This document shows positions 50,941 to 59,663 of a stretch of 64,000 nucleotides of DNA, one piece after another (the first letter of the stretch is position 1; every line of letters starts with the position of its first letter). The DNA is from Nitrosopumilaceae archaeon. Its GTDB lineage: Archaea > Thermoproteota > Nitrososphaeria > Nitrososphaerales > Nitrosopumilaceae. The notes under the pieces are model-generated. The model was not told the origin of the DNA and searched no databases. It saw only the letters and a program-made list of their open reading frames with translations. Position numbers and translations under genes: made by a program. Where the stretch lies: contig OZ242274.1 of the NCBI GenBank assembly GCA_965207375.1, positions 1,568,001 to 1,632,000 of the forward strand, in the 5' to 3' direction.

Positions 50941-52077
50941 ATGGGCAAAATTTTAGGAATTATAGGAGGAGGACAATTGGGCATGATGTTAACAGAAGCT
51001 GCCAAAAACATGGCAAAAATAGAGGATGTCATTGTATTGGATCCTACAAAAAATTGTCCTGCAGTGCAGGCAGGCGCAAAATTAATCCAGGCCGATTTTA
51101 AGGACGAGCAGGCAATTGAGGAGCTTGCAAAACATTGTGATATCATAACTTATGAAATTGAATCAGGAAACAGCGAGGTGTTGAAAAAAATGCAAAAAAA
51201 TACAGTTATCAATCCGTCCCCTGACACACTGAAAATCATACAAGATAAACTAGCACAAAAAACAATCCTGCACCAAAACGGCATAAGAGTTGCAGATTTT
51301 CATCAGGTATCCTCTGTTGCAAGTCTTCATGATTCTATCCAGGAATTTGGCTATCCTGTACTACTCAAGGCCAGACGTGATGCTTATGACGGACGTGGAA
51401 ATTACAAAATTGATTCAAAGGATCAGATTCAAACAGCATATAATTACTTTAAAGGCAAGCCCCTGATGGTTGAAAGGTTTGTTCCGTTTTCAATGGAGGT
51501 CTCTGTAATTGCAGCACGTAACACAGGCGGAGAGATTGCAACATATCCGCTAGTGGAAAACATGCATGAAGAAAACATATTGAGAACAACTATTGCACCT
51601 GCAAGAGTAAGTGAAGATATTGCAAAAAAAGCACAGCAACTAGCAGAAAAAACAATGAATGTTTTACACGGTGCAGGCGTATTTGGAATCGAAATGTTTG
51701 TTGCACATGATGAACTTTTAATCAATGAAATAGCACCAAGAGTCCACAACTCTGGGCATCATTCACTACACTCTAGTAAAACATCACAGTTTGAACAGCA
51801 TCTTAGGGCCATCATGGGACTAGAGCTTGGCAGTACAGAATTGCTACATCCAACAATTATGTATAATATTTTGGGGGAGGCCGGATTTGAGGGAAGATAC
51901 AAAACAGTTGATCCTAAAATGAAAAACTGTTTTCTTAAAATGTACGGCAAAGATATATCCAAACCAAAAAGGAAGCTTGGACACATCAATATTGTAGCAG
52001 AGGGTAACCAGACAGTTGATGACCTACTTGCAAAGGCAGAAAAAATAAAAAACATGCACATTCTCAAAGCACTTTGA
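50941..52077 (+). CDS. purK: N5-CAIR synthetase
   Basis: GGGQLG, YDGRGN, NEIAPRVHNSGH and RKLGH motifs. Confidence 0.96.
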   Translation: MGKILGIIGGGQLGMMLTEAAKNMAKIEDVIVLDPTKNCPAVQAGAKLIQADFKDEQAIEELAKHCDIITYEIESGNSEVLKKMQKNTVINPSPDTLKIIQDKLAQKTILHQNGIRVADFHQVSSVASLHDSIQEFGYPVLLKARRDAYDGRGNYKIDSKDQIQTAYNYFKGKPLMVERFVPFSMEVSVIAARNTGGEIATYPLVENMHEENILRTTIAPARVSEDIAKKAQQLAEKTMNVLHGAGVFGIEMFVAHDELLINEIAPRVHNSGHHSLHSSKTSQFEQHLRAIMGLELGSTELLHPTIMYNILGEAGFEGRYKTVDPKMKNCFLKMYGKDISKPKRKLGHINIVAEGNQTVDDLLAKAEKIKNMHILKAL

Positions 52078-52597
52078 TGTCAATTGTTGCCACTCCAAAG
52101 TAATATCCTACAGCAATCAACGCAATACTCCATGCACAGGATCCCACAAATGTGTAGATTGTAAATTTTACAAATCCCATGTTGAGTAATCCTGCAGGAA
52201 TTGACACTAGGGAACGAATACCTGGAACTAGTCTTCCAAACAGAACCGACTTGTCCCCATATTTTGAAAACCACCTTTCAACTCGGATTATTTTATTCTC
52301 AGAGATTCGCACCTTTTTACAGTATCTCATAATTGCCTGGCGACCTAGCTTTAATGCTATACAGTAAATGACAAAGGCACCAACTGTGGCACCTGACCCA
52401 CCAACAATTCCTGCAGAAAATATGTGCAATACACTCATCTCATTTTGGAGAATGGTGTATCCGGCCAATGGAAATATGACCTCACTTGGAATCGGAGGAA
52501 AGAGAGTCTCAATTAGCGCTGCTAAAAACAATCCTGTATACAGATTATCTGCAACTAGGTCTGTGACCCATTGTATCACTGCTGCTATTTCACTCAT
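52064..52597 (-). CDS. DedA family membrane protein
   Basis: PPIPSEVI and GRLVPGIRS..SIPAG motifs. Confidence 0.9.
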   Translation of the reverse strand: MSEIAAVIQWVTDLVADNLYTGLFLAALIETLFPPIPSEVIFPLAGYTILQNEMSVLHIFSAGIVGGSGATVGAFVIYCIALKLGRQAIMRYCKKVRISENKIIRVERWFSKYGDKSVLFGRLVPGIRSLVSIPAGLLNMGFVKFTIYTFVGSCAWSIALIAVGYYFGVATIDIKVL

Positions 52598-52720
52598 CTT
52601 CGGTCAGGTAATAGTGTAGTTCGGTATAACATTCCGTACAGTATTGCTGAAAATCGGTATGATCACAGTCGTAGACCTTTTTTACGTCATTTTTACATTT
52701 TTTACAGACAGGCATATGGT

Positions 52721-53113
52721 TCAGGATTTTTTGATTTTAAGGGCGCCTAGTCCTACCTGGATTAGACCTGCAACAATTAAGGGAACCGTTTCAGATAATA
52801 CATTTCTACCAGCCTCTTTGGCCTCTACAGGATCTGCATTACCAATAACTACGGCACCTCCGATAATAATCAAGATACCTGCTACAATAATCATAATGCC
52901 TAGACCCTTTGAAGGCTCTTTTCTAGAGATAAAATACGCAACGATAGGCAGAATCAGCGACGGAAGGCCCAAACCCATGCCGCGTGTTTTGTGATCAAAT
53001 GGAATAAAGCCCTCTCCACTTTCAGAACTGTACCCTACAGCAACATCTGCACCATATACTGCCAATAATGCAATGGCGATTCCAGTAATTATAACAGATG
53101 CGGCTAGTGCCAT
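52721..53113 (-). CDS. Four-TM hypothetical membrane protein
   Basis: Hydrophobic segments. Confidence 0.7.
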   Translation of the reverse strand: MALAASVIITGIAIALLAVYGADVAVGYSSESGEGFIPFDHKTRGMGLGLPSLILPIVAYFISRKEPSKGLGIMIIVAGILIIIGGAVVIGNADPVEAKEAGRNVLSETVPLIVAGLIQVGLGALKIKKS

Positions 53114-53156
53114 AAATCGAGAAATTTTCTTTCGTTAATAAATTTGGTGAAATGCT

Positions 53157-53258
53157 CTGCTAAGCAAAATGTGGGCAAAATAGGCCAAAATCTATCCCAA
53201 AATGCAAAGAGAGCAAATAGAGACAAGATAAGAATTTGAACCACATTTGGCTTTGCTG
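53157..53258 (-). repeat. MITE-like family B, copy 4 (inverted)
   Basis: Reverse complement of the core: AAAATAGGCCAAAATCTATCCCAAAA. Confidence 0.85.
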
Positions 53259-53595
53259 TCAAGGCCGGATGCAAATAAATGAGTTCGACTGTATGTATGA
53301 TCGTGCAAAAAAATAGCATCATTTTATGGGGTCCACACATCTATGAAAATTGCACAACTCAATACATAGGCAGGGGTAGATTCACCACTAGGGTGATTAT
53401 CATGTGTTGACAAATTTGAAATGTCACAAGAATCTAGGCAGGATGTTAACTGTTTATTTTTCATGCTAAAATGATCTCAATTCATGGTATTTGGGTTAAT
53501 TTAATGTGGCACTAAATTAATTACGGCGATTTTGATATGTCACTACAATTTTACATAACCGAAAGTTTGAATTAGTAAAATATCTAATTTGTCTT

Positions 53596-54264
53596 ATGCA
53601 TGCAGTAATTTTGGCAGGAGGATTTGGAAAAAGGCTCAGACCCATAACTGACTATGTGCCAAAACCATTAATACCAATAGATAATGTTCCAATTTTAGAA
53701 TGGCAAATAAGATATCTGAAAAAATTCAAAATAACTGATATTATCATATGTACAGGATACAAGACAAAACAGATTGAAGAATTTCTTGAAATAAAATCTA
53801 ATTTTGGTATAAAAATCAAAGTATCTGTGGAAAAAACACCTCTTGGAACTGCTGGGGCCATAAAAAAGGCAGCCCAACACATCAAAGGCAGCTCATTTTT
53901 AGTTCTAAACGGGGATGTAATATCTAACATCAATCTAAAAACCCTGCAAAAGACACAAAACACAATAGCAGGTATTGAATTGCAAACTCAATTTGGTACA
54001 CTGACTGTTTCTGAAAATAAAATCTGCAAATTTACTGAAAAAAAACCCATTAAAGACGTCTGGATGAATGCAGGCATCTACCATCTGTCTTGTGATATTT
54101 TAAAATATTTACCGGCAAAGGGAGAAATTGAGAAAACAACATTTCCAAAATTGGCAAGACAGGGAAATTTACACATTACAAAGTTTACCGGTGTTAAATG
54201 GTTTTCAATTGATTCACACAAAGACATTGAACAGTGCTCCAAAATGATAAAGGCAATAAAATAA
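53596..54264 (+). CDS. Sugar-phosphate nucleotidyltransferase
   Basis: ILAGGFGKRLRP..PKPL, LGTAGA and NGD motifs. Confidence 0.9.
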   Translation: MHAVILAGGFGKRLRPITDYVPKPLIPIDNVPILEWQIRYLKKFKITDIIICTGYKTKQIEEFLEIKSNFGIKIKVSVEKTPLGTAGAIKKAAQHIKGSSFLVLNGDVISNINLKTLQKTQNTIAGIELQTQFGTLTVSENKICKFTEKKPIKDVWMNAGIYHLSCDILKYLPAKGEIEKTTFPKLARQGNLHITKFTGVKWFSIDSHKDIEQCSKMIKAIK

Positions 54265-54484
54265 GATTAGGCCCCTGTTCTATGCAGGGTAACCATCATG
54301 TATGCAATTTCACTAACAAATGCCTCGTCCTGATGTTTTGAGGTGTATTGGTCAGCTAGCCTCCAAAAGTTGGCATCTTTGTCAGACGTCATCATTACTG
54401 TTGCCATCATATACTTGGTTTAAAATATCAAATAATGGTTATAACCTCAATCATTTTTTACCTAATGCTAAAGATATGAAAAGT

Positions 54485-55297
54485 TTAGATGCGCTTTTTA
54501 ATCCAGTCAGCAACAATCTTTTTTGCAAATTCGTCAGTATCCATATCTCTGCGCTCAGATTGCTTTGCCAAAAAGTTTGATTGGCGCTTTGATAGTATGA
54601 TTGGGATTTTTTGCTTTGTCTTTATCTTTTTGGCGCGTTTTAACAGTGTTGCATGACCCATCTTTGGATTTGCAGTCAAAATCTTGATGTATTGCTTGCG
54701 GACAGGTGCGCCATACTTTGATATTTTATTTGCAATTATAACTGCCTTGTTTGTATTGGGTACTGCAATGTGTAGTTTTGTGGCCTCATCACGCGTTATG
54801 ACTTTGGGCACAAGTACCTTTAATTTTTCAGGAACTCCTGCAAATCCGTGTAATTTTTTAAATGTTGCAATGGACATGCCTAGTGTTCTAGCTGCCTTTG
54901 ATTGTGATTTTAACTCCTCTGCTAGGAAGACACAAGAATTTGCAAGCTCCCTTTGATTCATGTTTTTTCGGTGTATATTTTCAATGACAGATGCAGCCTT
55001 TGCATCGTGTAGGTCGTACTCTGTATTTTTTGTAATTACCAATGCTGGGATCTTTTTTGCACGCAATCGTTTTAGTGCTGCAAGCCTTCTTTGACCTGCC
55101 ATTAACTTGTATGTGCTTCTACCTTCTTTTTGAACAAGGGGCGGATTTTGCAAGCCTTCGGTTCTAATTGATTTTGCAAGCTCTGCAATGCCTTCTCTGT
55201 CCAATTTACGTGCCTGTGCATCCTTCCATACTATTATTTTATTTACTGGAATTTGTCTTAACCTATACTCTATTTTTGATTTGAAACGTTTTGCCAA
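54485..55297 (-). CDS. ParB/Spo0J-like protein (ParB-N + HTH + possible RHH tail)
   Basis: LAKSIRTEGLQNP, AGQRRLAA and ENIHRKN motifs. Confidence 0.85.
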   Translation of the reverse strand: MAKRFKSKIEYRLRQIPVNKIIVWKDAQARKLDREGIAELAKSIRTEGLQNPPLVQKEGRSTYKLMAGQRRLAALKRLRAKKIPALVITKNTEYDLHDAKAASVIENIHRKNMNQRELANSCVFLAEELKSQSKAARTLGMSIATFKKLHGFAGVPEKLKVLVPKVITRDEATKLHIAVPNTNKAVIIANKISKYGAPVRKQYIKILTANPKMGHATLLKRAKKIKTKQKIPIILSKRQSNFLAKQSERRDMDTDEFAKKIVADWIKKRI

Positions 55298-55662
55298 TTA
55301 ATTTTATGGGGTATTAATTATATTAAATCGCCTTTGGTTTGTTTTGTTTAACTAATTACTATGACACTTGTGATGTTAAATTAAAAGCGATCACAAATTA
55401 ATATAAAAACTTTAAATTTTATTTTTAATTTTGACTGTATATACTTGTGAAAAAAGGTTTGATTGTACGTATTGCAGCCATGTGTATCGTATAACAGATC
55501 AGAAAATTACTGTCACACCAGTCAAACATTAGACTGAATTTGACCCGTTTTGCAGACTGGTATATGATGAAAAAGAATCCGAAATGTTACAATCTTGTGC
55601 ATTATTTATTTCTCAAATATTTGTGAAAAAAAGATAAACTAGAGGCTCTGCTACCCCTAGTC

Positions 55663-56625
55663 ATGAGAGTATCATTTAGTTTAGGTTCCTTGCTGAATAT
55701 ACCTGATATATCGCACTGTATAATGGAGCTAAAAAAAGAGCCAGACACAATATGGATTCCAGAAACCTGGGGGATGGAAAACTTTTCAATGCTTTGCTTG
55801 GCTGCAACAAAAACATCAGATGTAAAAATTGGCTCATCAATAATTAATATCTATTCTAGGAGCCCCTCACTAATTGCAATGGGGGCAGCTACAATAGATA
55901 CAATATCACATGGACGGATGGTTTTGGGTCTAGGGACAAGCAGCTTGCCCATTGTTGAGAACTTTCACGGCCAAAAATTTACAAATCCGCTTACTAGGAT
56001 GAGAGAATATGTGGAAATAATCCGGCTTGTACTGGGCGCAAAGCCTGTAAACTATAATGGACGTCATTTTAATTTAAAAAATTTCAGCTTGCTGATAAGG
56101 CCGTATAGGGAGAAAATTCCAATCTATCTTGCATCAGTTAACCAAAAAATGACAGAGCTTGCATGGGATGTGGCCGATGGTGTAATATTTTATCTCAGGC
56201 CTCAAAAGGAAATGAAATCAACAATACAAAAAATGCAGTCAAAGAGAAAAATTGATGTGACATGTCAGATAATAACTGCAGTATCAAAAGATTCAGAAAA
56301 GGCAATAACTAGAGCGAAAAAAACTTTGTCATTTTATATTGCAGTAGGAAAAGTATATCGGGACTTTATAGCTAAACACGGATATGAAAATGAAACAAGT
56401 GCAGTATACTCGGAGTATAAAAAATCAGGACTAGCCAACATACATGAATATATTTCAGATTCTATGTTACATGATTTAACAATATGTGGAACACCTGATG
56501 ATGTTAAAAAACAATTACACAAATTTGTAGATACGGGAATTGATCTGCCAATAATCCAGTTTAATCCAGTATCTGATACAAAAGACTCTTTTAGATTGTT
56601 ACAAGAAACCTTTGCAGATGTATAA
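55663..56625 (+). CDS. LLM-class (probably F420-dependent) oxidoreductase
   Basis: WIPE, RSP..IAM.AATID..S.GR..LGLG motifs. Confidence 0.88.
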   Translation: MRVSFSLGSLLNIPDISHCIMELKKEPDTIWIPETWGMENFSMLCLAATKTSDVKIGSSIINIYSRSPSLIAMGAATIDTISHGRMVLGLGTSSLPIVENFHGQKFTNPLTRMREYVEIIRLVLGAKPVNYNGRHFNLKNFSLLIRPYREKIPIYLASVNQKMTELAWDVADGVIFYLRPQKEMKSTIQKMQSKRKIDVTCQIITAVSKDSEKAITRAKKTLSFYIAVGKVYRDFIAKHGYENETSAVYSEYKKSGLANIHEYISDSMLHDLTICGTPDDVKKQLHKFVDTGIDLPIIQFNPVSDTKDSFRLLQETFADV

Positions 56626-57734
56626 TGAACAAAGTTTCAATTTGTGCATATGGTGGAACAAAATTCTCAAAAGAGAATCTACAAGTGCACGACTTGATGT
56701 TTGATGCAGTCAAAGAACTGTTCCAATCAAATCCTGGCATTGACAAAAAAGACATTGATGCGGTTTTAGTATCTACAAATGATAACACAAAATATTTGGG
56801 ACCAATAATATCTGAGAGTATAGGAATTCAACCAAGAATCAGTCACAATATTGAAAGCATGTGCAATTCAGGCACAAATGCTATAGTTTCAGCATATTCA
56901 TATGTCACATCGGGGCTAGCAAATGCTGCAATAGTAGTAGGTGCAGACATCTTTGATGGACCTGGACAAATTCTAGAATGGGATGAATCACGGGGAGAGT
57001 TTAAACATCCAATTTTTTGGGCATCACTGTTTTCAAAGGCGTACAAAAGCAATTTTGGTGCAGATTCCCAAGATCTTGCCTTAATAGCTGCAAAAAATCA
57101 CAAAAATGCACAAAATAATCCCAATGCAATATCTGATAAGGCATATTCTGTTGAAGATGTCTTAAATTCCAAGCAGTTAACTGACGACTTGAGACTATTG
57201 GAGTGTTCTAGGCCATCGACTGGAGGCTGTGCAGTATTGTTGGCATCTGAAAAGATTGCAAAAACCATTACTGAACAACCCGTACAGATAAGTGGAATAG
57301 GGCAAAAAACAACATCTGCAGGATTTTTGAAGACAGATAATTTTACAAAGATGCAGTCAACAATATATGCTGCAAAGCAGGCATTTAAGATGGCACGCAT
57401 TGAACCCGAACATGTAGATGTTGCAGAAGTACATGATGCATTTGCAGTATGTGAGGCGTTAGCAGTAGAGGATATTGGAATGGTAAAAAAGGGAAATGGT
57501 ACAAAATTTTTGCAAGAATTATACGATACAGAAAATAAAAAAGTAAATCCGCGAGGCGGACTGATTGGTTCAGGTCATCCCTTAGGTGCTACCGGAATTG
57601 CCCAAACTATGGAAATAGTGCAACAGCTGCAAAACAATGCACAAAAGCGCCAAGTTTCTGACCCTAAAATAGGTCTGGTTCACAACATGTCTGCTGCTGC
57701 AACATCATCTACGGTACTCGTGATGTCAAACTGA
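56625..57734 (+). CDS. Thiolase-family protein (archaeal/SCP-x type)
   Basis: MCNSG, EVHDAF and GHPLGATG motifs. Confidence 0.9.
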   Translation: MNKVSICAYGGTKFSKENLQVHDLMFDAVKELFQSNPGIDKKDIDAVLVSTNDNTKYLGPIISESIGIQPRISHNIESMCNSGTNAIVSAYSYVTSGLANAAIVVGADIFDGPGQILEWDESRGEFKHPIFWASLFSKAYKSNFGADSQDLALIAAKNHKNAQNNPNAISDKAYSVEDVLNSKQLTDDLRLLECSRPSTGGCAVLLASEKIAKTITEQPVQISGIGQKTTSAGFLKTDNFTKMQSTIYAAKQAFKMARIEPEHVDVAEVHDAFAVCEALAVEDIGMVKKGNGTKFLQELYDTENKKVNPRGGLIGSGHPLGATGIAQTMEIVQQLQNNAQKRQVSDPKIGLVHNMSAAATSSTVLVMSN

Positions 57735-58024
57735 CCGCACTGATAATATCAAAATGCAACAGCTGCAAAAATGTGGCATGGCCTCCAAAAAAATACTGTA
57801 GCATTTGTTTTGATCAAACCTGTCTTGTTTCTGCCTCAAAAACCGGCACAATAGTTGAATTTTCAAAAAAAGATGACATCTATTTTTGCATAACTGATTT
57901 TGATGGAATTCAGTTATTATGTAGTCTAAAATCAGATGTATCTCCTACAGTTGGTCAAAAGGTAACATTACAGTACTACAAACGAGTAAAAAACAACAAT
58001 GTTTTTGAGGTTGGCCTCTGTTAG
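57731..58024 (+). CDS. DUF35-like Zn-ribbon/OB-fold thiolase partner
   Basis: The frame extends upstream to include CNSC before WPP..YCSIC; start codon uncertain. Confidence 0.75.
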   Translation: MTALIISKCNSCKNVAWPPKKYCSICFDQTCLVSASKTGTIVEFSKKDDIYFCITDFDGIQLLCSLKSDVSPTVGQKVTLQYYKRVKNNNVFEVGLC

Positions 58025-58074
58025 TTATTGTAGAATAACCACGTATACTATATGTAAAAAAATTTCACAAATGC

Positions 58075-58617
58075 ATGGTTAAACAAATATCTCAAACTAT
58101 ATCTATGAGAAAATTAACTGCACAGGACATTAAAAATAAAAAAATTGCCAAAACTCGCAGACAGCGAGGTTATACGTGGGAAGACACGCTAGTAAAGCGG
58201 TTCAACGGAGCAGAGGCATGGCAGGGATTCAGACTTGGCTCACCTAGTGTGGCTTTGCCTGATATTTTGGCAGTAAACAATGAAAAAAGCATCATATATA
58301 CGATTGAGGCAAAATCTGGAACCGGTACCACACTACAGGTACCACATGATCAAATAATCAGATGTTTGAGATGGACTAATACCTTTGAGGTGTACAAAAC
58401 ACGCAATGTCATTTTAGCATTCAAATTCTTGGCAAAAAAACGTATAGGAATAGGCAAATACGAAAGCCGCAAGCTACGAGAATTCTTCAAGGTGTGGGAT
58501 TCTAAAATAAATCCAATTGATTGTGTGTGTACATATGAGGGCACAACATATGCACTGCAAGACGGCAAAAGACAGGAATTAAAACTAGATGAATATGCGA
58601 TGCCGTTTGAAAAATAA
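58075..58617 (+). CDS. Holliday-junction resolvase-like (Hjc) nuclease
   Basis: RG..WE, PDILA and IEAK PD-(D/E)xK motifs. Confidence 0.85.
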   Translation: MVKQISQTISMRKLTAQDIKNKKIAKTRRQRGYTWEDTLVKRFNGAEAWQGFRLGSPSVALPDILAVNNEKSIIYTIEAKSGTGTTLQVPHDQIIRCLRWTNTFEVYKTRNVILAFKFLAKKRIGIGKYESRKLREFFKVWDSKINPIDCVCTYEGTTYALQDGKRQELKLDEYAMPFEK

Positions 58618-58774
58618 TATTACAGTTTTTTTTGCAAAAATAATATATCTGCATGTTTGTCTTTGCGTAAAAATATGTTTTAATGATTACATCAAATCAT
58701 TCAAAGATGCTACCATTCCATGCCATGATAAAAAGTACACACAATTTGACGTGCAATTATGATGAATCTAGTCT

Positions 58775-59040
58775 TTTAGAAAGGCAGTACCTGCACTTGG
58801 AATCAGCAAGCCTGAATTCATCTAAAAGAATACTCTAGAACAAAACGGTCATGCGGAGTCATTTCACAAGACACACAAAAAAGAGTACATCTGGCCACTT
58901 GATTTTGAAAGGTACCTCTGATGCAAAACCTGTCCTGGTTGACGCCTTGGGATTATAACACGGCAAGAATTCACTCATCTTTTGGATACATCACATTTAC
59001 TGAATTTGCATCACAGTGGAGGGAGACAAATAAACGATGG
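58775..59040 (+). pseudogene. IS3-family transposase C-terminal relic
   Basis: FRKAV..LGI..EQNGHAESFHKT.KKEYIWP and DYNTARIHSSFGY fragments with stops and frameshifts. Confidence 0.75.
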
Positions 59041-59186
59041 CTAAAGTCATTCAGAAATTAGTACAAAAAGTGGTACTAAAACAAGGGGTCCATTCTACTT
59101 TGATCTAGAAAATTTTCCTTGGTACATCTGGTATTGTATCACAAATAAAAAAAAATAGTAAACATGTAGAGAATAAAAAATCTTAA

Positions 59187-59277
59187 CTGTTAACATTGTG
59201 TCTAGATTTTTATTTTATTTTTTTAAAAAATAATTTTGTGTTTTAAAATTATCATAAATTCAAAACAGTGTTAACAG
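59187..59277. repeat. Small AT-rich element with a 13-bp inverted repeat
   Basis: CTGTTAACATTGT...ACAGTGTTAACAG. Confidence 0.45.
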
Positions 59278-59663
59278 ATACAAAACAGATCATGTACTTG
59301 TTTGTCTCATGCTTAATTTTTCAATTATATCATCATGTGTTCACAAATTAACTCTTACGTGAAAGTACCATAAGCATTCTACAAAAACAATTATGGTTCG
59401 TTATTTGTACCAGATATTATTACAAAAAGAAGCATGCCGTAAATCAATATATGTCCTTATATAACCACACATGAATACCTAAAATCATGACAAATAAAAT
59501 TCAATCTGCAATTCAAATCTTTGCGAAATTCTTTTAGGTGCACCTCATGAAATTTTCTAGATTCATAATTTTAGCAGCATCGCCTGCAACAAGTGCCATA
59601 TTTACAGCCCGCTTGTCCCATTCTCAAATGGATTCAGATTACAAACACAAACAATGATAGATT

